Below, piece by piece: positions 9,653 through 19,100 of a DNA stretch of 64,000 nucleotides. The stretch is from an uncultured bacterium (lineage in GTDB: Bacteria; Bacteroidota; Bacteroidia; CAILMK01). The stretch covers positions 6,869 through 70,868 of the forward strand of contig CAIKRV010000084.1 of NCBI GenBank assembly GCA_903829945.1, read 5' to 3'. Within the stretch, counting starts at the first letter, position 1, and each line of letters starts with the position of its first letter. Made by a program: the position numbers and the translations under genes. Below the pieces are notes generated by a model. That model saw only the letters and a list, made by a program, of their open reading frames with translations. It searched no databases and was not told the DNA's origin.

Positions 9653-10396
9653 TTAATTATTAGGTGCTCCGTCACTAATCCACTTACGAATTTTGCCAAT
9701 ATCGCAGCCTGAAAGTGCGGTACCGTATTTTGGCATCCGGGAAAGATTTCCAATTAGGCTACCCATCAATTGTCCGTTATTCACTGCACTCACTACTCCG
9801 GCATAGGTATCTAATTGCGTACTTCCGGAAATAACCGATGCATTATGACAACCGGTACAATTGGCGCTTAATAATGGCGCAATGGTCGTAGAATATTTTA
9901 CATTGATGCTATCGCAAGCGGAATTATCAGTACATTTATTTTGCAAGGCATTTTGCAAAATCCAAGTATAAATGGCTAAACGCTGTGGTGCCGTTAGCGC
10001 ATTCTTAGGAGGCATTCTTTTCTTAGACTGCGTTAATACCAAATACAATACGCTGGACATAGGTTTCCCGGGACTTGTTAATGCATGAATACCGGCATAG
10101 GTCGTTAAATCATGTCCGGAATGATGGGTGATGGCATCATGGCAACCGGTGGTAGCACAACTGGAAACAACAAGAGGAAAGATGGTATTGGCAAAATAGA
10201 CGGTATCCTTACTGCAAGGGCTTTTAGGAATGGGATGAGAGGTATCAATATTATTCGCACCGGAATCAATTACTTTTGAAACTTGAAGTGCAGGAAAAGG
10301 CTCATGTGTACAAGAAATAATCAATACTAATCCGACAAGGCAAAGGCCTTTAAAAACATCTTTCATATTAACAGTTGCTAGCAATAAAGGCTGCAA
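9653..10396 (-). CDS. Lipoprotein with two tandem cytochrome-c-like (Planctomycete-type PSCyt1-like) domains
   Basis: Lipoprotein signal (LVLIISC). There are two internal repeats. The first carries CATTGCH (CX4CH) and the second CTGCH (canonical CXXCH). Each is followed ~45 aa later by an RMP(P/K) motif that could supply the Met axial ligand. Confidence 0.5.
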   Translation of the reverse strand: MQPLLLATVNMKDVFKGLCLVGLVLIISCTHEPFPALQVSKVIDSGANNIDTSHPIPKSPCSKDTVYFANTIFPLVVSSCATTGCHDAITHHSGHDLTTYAGIHALTSPGKPMSSVLYLVLTQSKKRMPPKNALTAPQRLAIYTWILQNALQNKCTDNSACDSINVKYSTTIAPLLSANCTGCHNASVISGSTQLDTYAGVVSAVNNGQLMGSLIGNLSRMPKYGTALSGCDIGKIRKWISDGAPNN

Positions 10397-10536
10397 ATTA
10401 ATGTATATACATTTAAAATTAAGTCAACCTATAAAAATTCACATAAACTTAACACTACTGATATTCAAATAAATAGCTTACAACATAGCAAGTGGATTGA
10501 TTACCAAATACATGATAAAAATATGTCTCATTTTAG

Positions 10537-10544
10537 TAATTTTG
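10537..10544 (+). promoter_or_regulatory. -7 box TAATTTTG 4 nt before the ATG of the Gfo/Idh/MocA gene (leaderless arrangement)
   Basis: Seen in the sequence. Confidence 0.45.
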
Positions 10545-10548
10545 CCGT

Positions 10549-11544
10549 ATGATTAAAATAGGAGTATTAGGTGCAGGTCACTTAGGAAAGATTCATATCA
10601 AATTATTAAAGGAAATTTCCGATTTCCAATTAGTGGGCTTTTATGATGCGGATGATGCAAATGCTGAAAAGGTTGCATTGGAATTTGGAATTCCTGCCTT
10701 TGAAAGCATTGATGCACTTTTAGAAGTTGTAGATGCTGTTGATATTGTTACTCCTACTATTTCTCATTTTGATTGTGCTTTAAAAGCCATCCAAGCAGGA
10801 AAACATTTTTTTATAGAGAAACCGCTCACCAATACGATTGAAGAGGGAGCAACACTTTTAAAATTAGTGGAAAGCTCCGGATTAAAAGCACAAGTTGGCC
10901 ATGTAGAAAGGTTTAATCCTGCATTTATTGCAGCCCAACCATTTGGCTTATCCCCCATGTTTGTAGAAGCCCATCGTTTGGCAGAATTTAAACCTCGCGG
11001 CACAGATGTATCAGTAGTATTGGATTTAATGATTCATGATATTGATATTTTATTAAGTATGGTTAAGAGTCCTGTTTATCAAGTTAGTGCTTCAGGAGTT
11101 GCAGTAATAAGTGATACGATTGATATTGCCAATGCACGCATAGAATTTGAAAACGGATGCGTAGCCAACCTAACGGCAAGCAGAGTATCTTTGAAAACAG
11201 AACGTAAAATGCGCATTTTTCAAAAAAATGCCTACATCACGATGGACTTTCATAAAAAGGAAGTTAATGTTATAAAAATCAAAGAATTGCAACCGGATGA
11301 AATACCAAGTTCCTTTTTAGTCATAGATCCGGGAGAAGGAAAACCAAGAAAAGAATTATTTTACAGTGCCCCTCCTATTCCTGAAATAAATTCTATAAAA
11401 AGAGAGTTAGAGTTGTTTGCTAATGCTATACAAAGTAACCAAGATACAGCAGTGAGCGTTAAAGACGGGTATGATTCCATGGTATTGGCAAAAATGATTT
11501 TAGATAAAATTGACGAACTAACTCAACGCTCATTAAAACAATGA
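10549..11544 (+). CDS. Gfo/Idh/MocA family NAD(P)-dependent oxidoreductase
   Basis: N-terminal Rossmann fold (IGVLGAGHLGKIH) plus the EKP motif (FIEKPL). Confidence 0.85.
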   Translation: MIKIGVLGAGHLGKIHIKLLKEISDFQLVGFYDADDANAEKVALEFGIPAFESIDALLEVVDAVDIVTPTISHFDCALKAIQAGKHFFIEKPLTNTIEEGATLLKLVESSGLKAQVGHVERFNPAFIAAQPFGLSPMFVEAHRLAEFKPRGTDVSVVLDLMIHDIDILLSMVKSPVYQVSASGVAVISDTIDIANARIEFENGCVANLTASRVSLKTERKMRIFQKNAYITMDFHKKEVNVIKIKELQPDEIPSSFLVIDPGEGKPRKELFYSAPPIPEINSIKRELELFANAIQSNQDTAVSVKDGYDSMVLAKMILDKIDELTQRSLKQ

Positions 11545-12434
11545 AAAAAATATATTTATTAATTGCTATAGTATTACTCGGGGTAAGCGCATGCAAACCT
11601 TCCGAAGATATTACCGGGGTACCTTCTTATGTGCATATCCAAAAGGCAGATGTACATATACCCGGCAATAATTTTTTGGTTCAGGGAGATTCTTTTCAAA
11701 ACATCACAGATATATGGCTTAGTGTGAGTGGTTCCGCTTTGGGAGCTTATGAATTACCCGCCACCATACCTGCATTATTTGACGGCAACCAAAATTTAGG
11801 GATCCAAGCAGGAATTAAAGAAAATGGCACCGGCGCCACCCGAGCTATTTATCCATTTTATACCTATATTATAAAAAATGTGAATCTGCAAAGAACAAAA
11901 ACATTAGATGTACATCCTATTTTTCAATATGACCCAAAAACCAAGTTTATTTTTAATGAAAGGTTTGAAAACTCTAATCCAACCATACAACCTTTTGTAG
12001 GAAATAATACGGCTAAAATAAGCTATCCGAAATTTACTGATCCAAATTATGCCTTGTATGGAGAAAACAGGTGCATGGAAGCACAATTAATAAATAGTGA
12101 TAGCGGGACATTTTATGCTTCGGATTTAAAATCCAGAACAGGTTTTACCATCGGCAATCCGGTATGGATGGAAATATCTTTTAATACTGAAGTACCGCTA
12201 ACAGTGGGAATGTTTGTTGTGCAAGCAGGCACGGGATCCTCCTATTCCAGTGATTTGGTAACCCTAAATACCACGGGGGGATTATGGAAAAAAGTTTATA
12301 TTAATTTTACCGACCTCATATATAACGAAGCAGCCGGTTCAGGATATTCTTTTTATATTGAAGGATTTAAAGCTGCGGGTAACCAAATTGACCATATTTA
12401 TATAGATAATATCAAACTACTGTGCTTTGAATAA
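11541..12434 (+). CDS. Hypothetical lipoprotein
   Basis: Lipobox LLGVSAC. It has a 4-nt ATGA overlap with the upstream oxidoreductase and an 8-nt overlap with the downstream sugar transferase, so it is operon-embedded. Confidence 0.5.
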   Translation: MKKIYLLIAIVLLGVSACKPSEDITGVPSYVHIQKADVHIPGNNFLVQGDSFQNITDIWLSVSGSALGAYELPATIPALFDGNQNLGIQAGIKENGTGATRAIYPFYTYIIKNVNLQRTKTLDVHPIFQYDPKTKFIFNERFENSNPTIQPFVGNNTAKISYPKFTDPNYALYGENRCMEAQLINSDSGTFYASDLKSRTGFTIGNPVWMEISFNTEVPLTVGMFVVQAGTGSSYSSDLVTLNTTGGLWKKVYINFTDLIYNEAAGSGYSFYIEGFKAAGNQIDHIYIDNIKLLCFE

Positions 12435-13845
12435 GAAATTAGGTCAAATCCAATATATATTAAATGATGTCCTTGGCTCTGTATTGGCATGGACCTTATT
12501 TTATATTTATAGAAAAGCAGTAATTGAGCCGATGCGCTATGGCTATAAAATTCCTATTTGGGAACCTGACAGAAATTATTATTTAGCCATTATTATTATT
12601 CCCATATTTTGGGTACTTGTGTTTTGGGTTTTTGGGAGCTATCGTGATGTATTTCGTAAATCACGCGTTAAGGAATTAACCCAAACTTTTGTAATTACTT
12701 TTTTAGGCGTAATTTTTATTTTCTTCACCTTGCTCATTGATGATGTAGTAAGTTCCTACGAAGCATTTCGTCATACATTTGCAGCATTATTATGTTTGCA
12801 GTTTTTTATTGTATTTGGATTAAGATTACTTTACTTAAGCACCATTAAAAGAAAGCTGAAGACAGGTAAAATCGGTTTTAATACCATCCTGGCAGGAAGT
12901 AATACCAAAGCACTGGAATTGTATAAGGAATTAACTTCCCAAAAATATTCCCAAGGATACTTCTTTAAAGGCTATGTCAGCATTGAAAACGGGAACAACG
13001 TACAGATGGATGAAAAACTCAATTTCTTAGGGAAATATGATGCTTTACCCGCCTTAATTAAGGAATATAAAATTCAGGAAGTCATTTTAGCAGTTGAAAG
13101 TTCGGAACACCATCTTATTAATACCATATTAAGTAAATTGGAAGAACTGAATGTAATTATTAAGGTATTGCCTGATATGTATGATATCTTGACCGGAGGT
13201 GTAAAAATGAATTATATTTTCGGCACTGCCTTAGTAGAAGTTCGCAATGAAATAATGCCCCAATGGCAGAAAAATTTCAAACGCCTATTTGATCTTTTCT
13301 TTGCAAGTACGGCAATGTTGCTTTTATCTCCTATTTATGGAATTTTAGCAATTGGAGTTCGTTTATCCTCGAAAGGGCCTATTTTTTATAGTCAGGAACG
13401 TATAGGCATCCATGGCAAACCTTTTAAAATTTATAAATTTAGAAGCATGTTTACCGATGCAGAAAAATTAGGGCCGCAATTAAGTTCTGAGGATGACCCG
13501 CGAATTACACCTTTTGGTGGTTTTCTGCGTAAATATCGTTTAGATGAATTTCCGCAATTTTGGAATGTATTTATCGGGGATATGAGTATTGTGGGTCCGC
13601 GACCGGAAAGACAATTTTTTATTGAACAATTATTAGTAGTTGCACCCAATTATCGCCATTTGCATAAGGTGCGCCCCGGCATTACTTCATGGGGACAGAT
13701 TAAATACGGCTATGCAGAAAATATTGAACAAATGGTAGAACGTATGAAATTCGATATTCTTTATATCGAAAACATGTCCATTGCCATGGATTTTAAAATC
13801 ATATTTTATACCGTCGTCATTATGCTGCAAGGCAGAGGCAAATAA
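12427..13845 (+). CDS. Polyprenyl-phosphate sugar phosphotransferase (WbaP / exopolysaccharide priming glycosyltransferase family)
   Basis: 472 aa with N-terminal TM helices. The C-terminal bacterial sugar transferase domain reads KFRSM...DEFPQF...VGPRPE. Confidence 0.85.
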   Translation: MNKKLGQIQYILNDVLGSVLAWTLFYIYRKAVIEPMRYGYKIPIWEPDRNYYLAIIIIPIFWVLVFWVFGSYRDVFRKSRVKELTQTFVITFLGVIFIFFTLLIDDVVSSYEAFRHTFAALLCLQFFIVFGLRLLYLSTIKRKLKTGKIGFNTILAGSNTKALELYKELTSQKYSQGYFFKGYVSIENGNNVQMDEKLNFLGKYDALPALIKEYKIQEVILAVESSEHHLINTILSKLEELNVIIKVLPDMYDILTGGVKMNYIFGTALVEVRNEIMPQWQKNFKRLFDLFFASTAMLLLSPIYGILAIGVRLSSKGPIFYSQERIGIHGKPFKIYKFRSMFTDAEKLGPQLSSEDDPRITPFGGFLRKYRLDEFPQFWNVFIGDMSIVGPRPERQFFIEQLLVVAPNYRHLHKVRPGITSWGQIKYGYAENIEQMVERMKFDILYIENMSIAMDFKIIFYTVVIMLQGRGK

Positions 13846-13847
13846 TA

Positions 13848-14369
13848 TTATTTTAATTGGAAAGAATTCAAAATATCAATGGCAGTTGCTGCATATTTTG
13901 GATACAGTGTTTGTAAGGATCTAAAAGTTAAAATATAAGATTTCTTATTTTTCAACCATAAGTATTGCGTACACTCAATAGGAAATTGTGCAATATCAGC
14001 TTTAAAATGCAACTTATAATATGATTGGTTTCCAGACTTTATAGTCACTGATTCAATAATAGTAATACCGGGTACTTTTGATTTAAATTCATCGACACTT
14101 ATTTCGCCAAATTTTTGCACATCCAATTTACTGTCATCAGCAGCTCTGACAGTTAAATTTACTGCTTGAATATGCATTTTATTATTGGCAGTATCTCCCG
14201 GTTCAATAATAAATGCTGTTTCAGCCCTGCCACTGGTATCCAAAATCCATGCTTTCGGATATTGAATTAAATAATCTGCTTTATCCAAGGTATTCCAATC
14301 GGCATGTTTCAGTTTAGTGCAAGAGGCTAAAACCAAAATAAAACAAAATAATGCAATTAACTTTTTCAT
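13848..14369 (-). CDS. Hypothetical lipoprotein
   Basis: Signal plus lipobox (LVLASC). It directly abuts the stop/start of the upstream TrpF-like gene. Confidence 0.5.
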   Translation of the reverse strand: MKKLIALFCFILVLASCTKLKHADWNTLDKADYLIQYPKAWILDTSGRAETAFIIEPGDTANNKMHIQAVNLTVRAADDSKLDVQKFGEISVDEFKSKVPGITIIESVTIKSGNQSYYKLHFKADIAQFPIECTQYLWLKNKKSYILTFRSLQTLYPKYAATAIDILNSFQLK

Positions 14370-15005
14370 TTATATTTCTAATAAATCAATAATACTATTC
14401 AAATCTGCAAAGTCTTTTACGCCCGGTCTTTCTTCGGCACTGCCGGAAATATTTATTCCAAAAGGATGAAATTCTTCTAGGGTAGAAAGAACATTTTTGC
14501 TTGTCCAAACAAAATTAAATATTACCGGATAAGACCTGCAAAACTCTATTAATAATAATTTGGCATGCGGATCATTCAAAAAAGACAATTGTTTGTCATA
14601 ATCAGTAAAGCTCAGCAAATAATATTTGGTATGTTTCTGAACGGCATCTACCATTAATATTATTTCATTAAAATGTTTACAATGGTCTAAATCGAAATTT
14701 TGTATTAAAGTAAAATGAGACAAAGCTTCAGATAATTCCTGATTAAAAGCATTGAGCTGAATATAATCCAAACCTAAAGACTCCGTTTCACTACGTATAT
14801 AGGAAGCGGGAAGATCATCCCATTCTGCAACCATCATTGGGCCATCAATCCATCCGGCAATTTCTTTAAACTTTTCCGTATCCAAATATTGGGGATGTTC
14901 AGGATTAAAATTAAAACCTAAAAAAGAAGCCCCACAACCGGCAGCATACCGTGCATCGGATAAATTATTAACGGCACCGAATTTAATATTTACTTTAGTA
15001 TTCAT
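14370..15005 (-). CDS. Phosphoribosylanthranilate isomerase-like (TrpF family) TIM-barrel protein
   Basis: N-terminus KFGAVNNLSDARYAAGCGASFLGFNF and C-terminus GSAEERPGVKDFADL align with the TrpF core (KVCG...GAD..G.IF ... PGIKD). The middle region is divergent. Confidence 0.55.
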   Translation of the reverse strand: MNTKVNIKFGAVNNLSDARYAAGCGASFLGFNFNPEHPQYLDTEKFKEIAGWIDGPMMVAEWDDLPASYIRSETESLGLDYIQLNAFNQELSEALSHFTLIQNFDLDHCKHFNEIILMVDAVQKHTKYYLLSFTDYDKQLSFLNDPHAKLLLIEFCRSYPVIFNFVWTSKNVLSTLEEFHPFGINISGSAEERPGVKDFADLNSIIDLLEI

Positions 15006-15257
15006 GTTATAAAACTTAAATGAAACTCAATTTATGATTTTCAAATTTTCGAGGGCAAATTTAACATTATAAATGCTTACTTTCTTAAATTACTTAATTA
15101 AGAAGCAATAGTAACATTAAGCAAGAAATTGCGTCATGCGATAAAATATATTTATTAATTAAAGTATTATACAATTACATCTAAATGCTTTAATTATATT
15201 TGAATACTTAAAAACACCATAATTTACGTTACAATTTCACCTATATAAATAATAATC

Positions 15258-16142
15258 ATGGAATTAACAATTTCAAACTTAAGTAAAACCTATGCTAATG
15301 GCACCCAGGCAATGATTAACATAAATTTAAACATACCTGCAGGCATGTTTGGATTATTGGGGCCGAATGGCGCAGGAAAATCCACTTTAATGCGTACCAT
15401 AGCTACCCTGCAAGAGGCAGATCACGGGAGCATTGTAATGGATGGTTTAGATGTCCTTAAAGAAAAAGATGAAGTTCGGAAGGTACTTGGATATTTACCT
15501 CAGGATTTCGGGGTTTATCCTAAGGAAAGCGCCATCAATATGCTCAATCATTTTGCGGTACTTAAGGGAATAACCAATAGCAGTACAAGAAAAGAAATTG
15601 TATCAGGATTATTACAATTTGTAAATTTATATGAGGACAGGAACAAAAAGTTAGGCTCCTTTTCCGGAGGGATGAAACAAAGATTTGGTATTGCACAAGC
15701 TTTATTGGGCAATCCTAAATTAATCATAGTTGATGAGCCTACGGCAGGATTAGACCCTGCGGAACGGAATCGCTTCTTAAATTTATTAAGTGAAATTGGA
15801 GAAAAAAGCATAGTTATTTTATCTACCCATATAGTAGATGATGTTACAGATTTATGTCCGAACATGGCGATCATTTTTAAAGGTGAAGTATTATTAAGCG
15901 GAAAACCAATGGACGCCATTAGAACCTTTGAAAACAAAATATGGGAAAAGTCCATTGAAAAGGATACTTTGGAATCCTATCAAAACCAGTATCATGTGAT
16001 TTCATTTAAAAGTGTGGCGGGCAAATCAAATATCCATGTATTGAGCAATACTGCACCCGATGAAGGTTTTACTATGATTGCACCTACTTTAGAGGATGTA
16101 TATTTTGCTGAAATAACGAAAAAAACATCCAAACTCAATTAA
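15258..16142 (+). CDS. ABC transporter ATP-binding protein (ABC-2 type)
   Basis: Walker A GPNGAGKST, signature FSGGMKQR, Walker B IIVDEPTAGLD. Confidence 0.9.
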   Translation: MELTISNLSKTYANGTQAMININLNIPAGMFGLLGPNGAGKSTLMRTIATLQEADHGSIVMDGLDVLKEKDEVRKVLGYLPQDFGVYPKESAINMLNHFAVLKGITNSSTRKEIVSGLLQFVNLYEDRNKKLGSFSGGMKQRFGIAQALLGNPKLIIVDEPTAGLDPAERNRFLNLLSEIGEKSIVILSTHIVDDVTDLCPNMAIIFKGEVLLSGKPMDAIRTFENKIWEKSIEKDTLESYQNQYHVISFKSVAGKSNIHVLSNTAPDEGFTMIAPTLEDVYFAEITKKTSKLN

Positions 16143-16174
16143 GGCTCTTTTCACATTTATAAAATCATTCAATT

Positions 16175-19100
16175 ATGTTTAAGTCTATTTTTACATATGA
16201 GCTGCATTATAATTCCAGAAAAGTAGTCAACCTTATTTTCTTCCTACTTTTCCTTGGGATTTCCTATTTAATAGCACTCGTCATAGGAGGAACCTTTACC
16301 AGTGCCACCAGTGATATCGGCAAACTGCATATGAATTCCTCTTTGCTTATCAGTAGTCTCTTTTCAATTATTATATATTGGACCTTGCTCCTATTCCCAT
16401 CCATAGTAGGTGATGCCATTTATAGAGACTTCCGAACGGAGAGTTACTCCTTGTTTTTCACTAAGCCCATCAGCAAATTCGGTTATTTAGCCGGTAGGTT
16501 TTTAGGCTCCATAGCTACTTTGGCTATTATTTTATTGGGATTTGAATTGGGATTTCTCATAGGCACCCTGATGCCTTGGATCAATCAAGATTTAAAAGGG
16601 CCCTTAAATTTATTGTACTATATAAATGATTATTTTCTTTTTTTACTTCCCAATGTTATTTTAATGGGGAGCATAGTATTTTGTGCAGCTACCCTGAGTA
16701 GGAATATTTTATTTACCTACATTGTATGTATTTTATTTTACGTAATTAAAGCAGTAGCGGCTAGTTTATTATCCAAAATTGATAATCATACTTTATCTGC
16801 ATTATTGGATCCTTTCGGCTCCGAGGCGATAAGTATTTACACCAGGTATTGGTCAGTTGCCGAACAAAACAATAATTTATTACCCCTAAAAGGCATTATT
16901 TTATACAATAGATTATTGTGGTTGGGTATATCGGCAATATTATTTTTATTCACTTATTTAAGATTTGAGCTAAAATATGCTGACGGAATTTCATGGTTCA
17001 GAAAAAGAAAAGCTTCACTTAATGAAGAATTTACTCCGATAGTAAAAAATAAAATCACTGAAAGTTCATTAAGTAAGTCCTCCAATAATATTTGGAGTCA
17101 ATTTAAGTTTGAATTAAAATTTGAATATTTATCCATTGTTAAAAGTATTCCGTTCATCATTTTCTTATTAATTGGAATAGGACTCATCATACTTACTTCT
17201 ACGCAATTGGACGATATGTACGGCACCAGTATTTATCCGTTAACTTCCAGAATTATACCATTAACGCAAGGCGCATTTAATTTGGTCTTAGTTATTTTCA
17301 TCATCTATTTTAGCGGTGAAATAGTTTGGAAAGAAAGAAGCTTACGCATCAATCAAGTTTATGATGCCATGCCTTTTCCATCCTGGTTGCCTTTAATTTC
17401 AAAATTAAGTGCTTTTTTCTTAGTGCAACTAAGCATCTTGGGCTGTGCTGGATTATGCGGCATCGGTATTCAGTTATTTCATGGATTTTATCAAATTGAA
17501 TTTGATTTATACTTTAAGATGCTATTATTAGAATCATGGTATTTTATCTTATTCTCTGCTTTGGCATTTAGCACACAAGTTTTAGTAAATAATAAGTATA
17601 TAGCTTATGTTTTTGTGATCGGAATCTTTGTGTTTCTTCAGTTTGCAGGATTGATGGGGCTAAATCAACCCATATATTTATATGGAGCGGATAGCGGCTA
17701 CCTCTATTCTGATATGAATAAATTCGGTCATTTTATGTATTCCTTATTTATTCATAAAATTTATTGGACATCCTTTGCAGGAATTTTAGTGGTCATTGCC
17801 ATTTTATTTTGGCAAAGAGGCATGGATACTCGTTTCTCTATCCGCCGGAAAATTGCAGTTGCTCGTTTAAATAAAAAGTTAGGATTAGTCATTGTTTTAT
17901 GTACCATATTATTTCTGGCATTTGGCAGTTTTATATTTTATAATACTCATATTTTACATGCTTATAAAACAAATTTTGAATCAGAAGAACAAATTGCACA
18001 ATTTGAAAAAAAATATAAAAAATATGAGCAATTGGTACAACCTAGAATTACGGATGTGGTTTTAGATGCGGCTATTTATCCCAAAGAAAGAGCTGCCACT
18101 TTCATTGGATATTATTGGATGAAAAATAAAAGTAAAAGTCCGATCAATGAAGTACATTTAAATTTGAATGCTTACGAACGCATAGTAAAATTACAATTTT
18201 CAAAACCATGCGATTTGAGCCTAAATGATACAGACAACGGATATCGAATTTATAAACTCAAACAATCCATGATGCCGGGGGATTCTATGCGTTTGGATTT
18301 TGATCTGAGACTGGCTGTAAAAGGATTTAAATATAGCGGTGGAAGCAGCGCAAGCGTTTTATACAATGGCACCTTCATTAATAACCAATCATCTTTGCCA
18401 AGCATTGGCTATCCGGAAGCCGGCGAACTCAGTGATGATAAAACAAGAATCAAGCACGGACTAAAACCGAAAGACTTATTGCCACCTGCTACCGATACCA
18501 ATGGCGCTAAAATGAATTATATTGCCAATGATGCCGATTGGATAAATTTTGAAGCAACCGTGAGTACTACGGAAGATCAAATTGGCATTGCTCCGGGATA
18601 TCTGCAAAAAGAATGGACCAAAGAAGGACGCAAATATTTCCATTATAAAATGGATACGAAAATCTTAAATTTTTACTCCATATTATCTGCCAACTATACT
18701 GTCCTGAATGATTCTTGGACTTCCCCGGAAGGTAAAAAAGTTAAGATTCAAATCTTTTATCAGGAAGGACAAACTTATGATTTAGATATGATGGTAAAGG
18801 GAATAAAAAAGACTTTAGCCTATTGCAGTAAAAATTTCAGTCCGTATCAATACCATCAGGTAAGGATTATAGAATTCCCGCGATATGCAAGTTTTGCACA
18901 ATCTTTCCCGAATACGATTCCATTTTCTGAAAGCATTGGTTTTATTGCAAAGGTGGATCCAAATAATCCTAATGATATTGCCTATCCGTTTTATGTTACC
19001 TGTCACGAGGTGGCACATCAATGGTGGGGACACCAGGTAATTGGTGCCATGGTAAAAGGCTCTACGCTGATGTGCGAATCCATGGCACAATATACATCCT

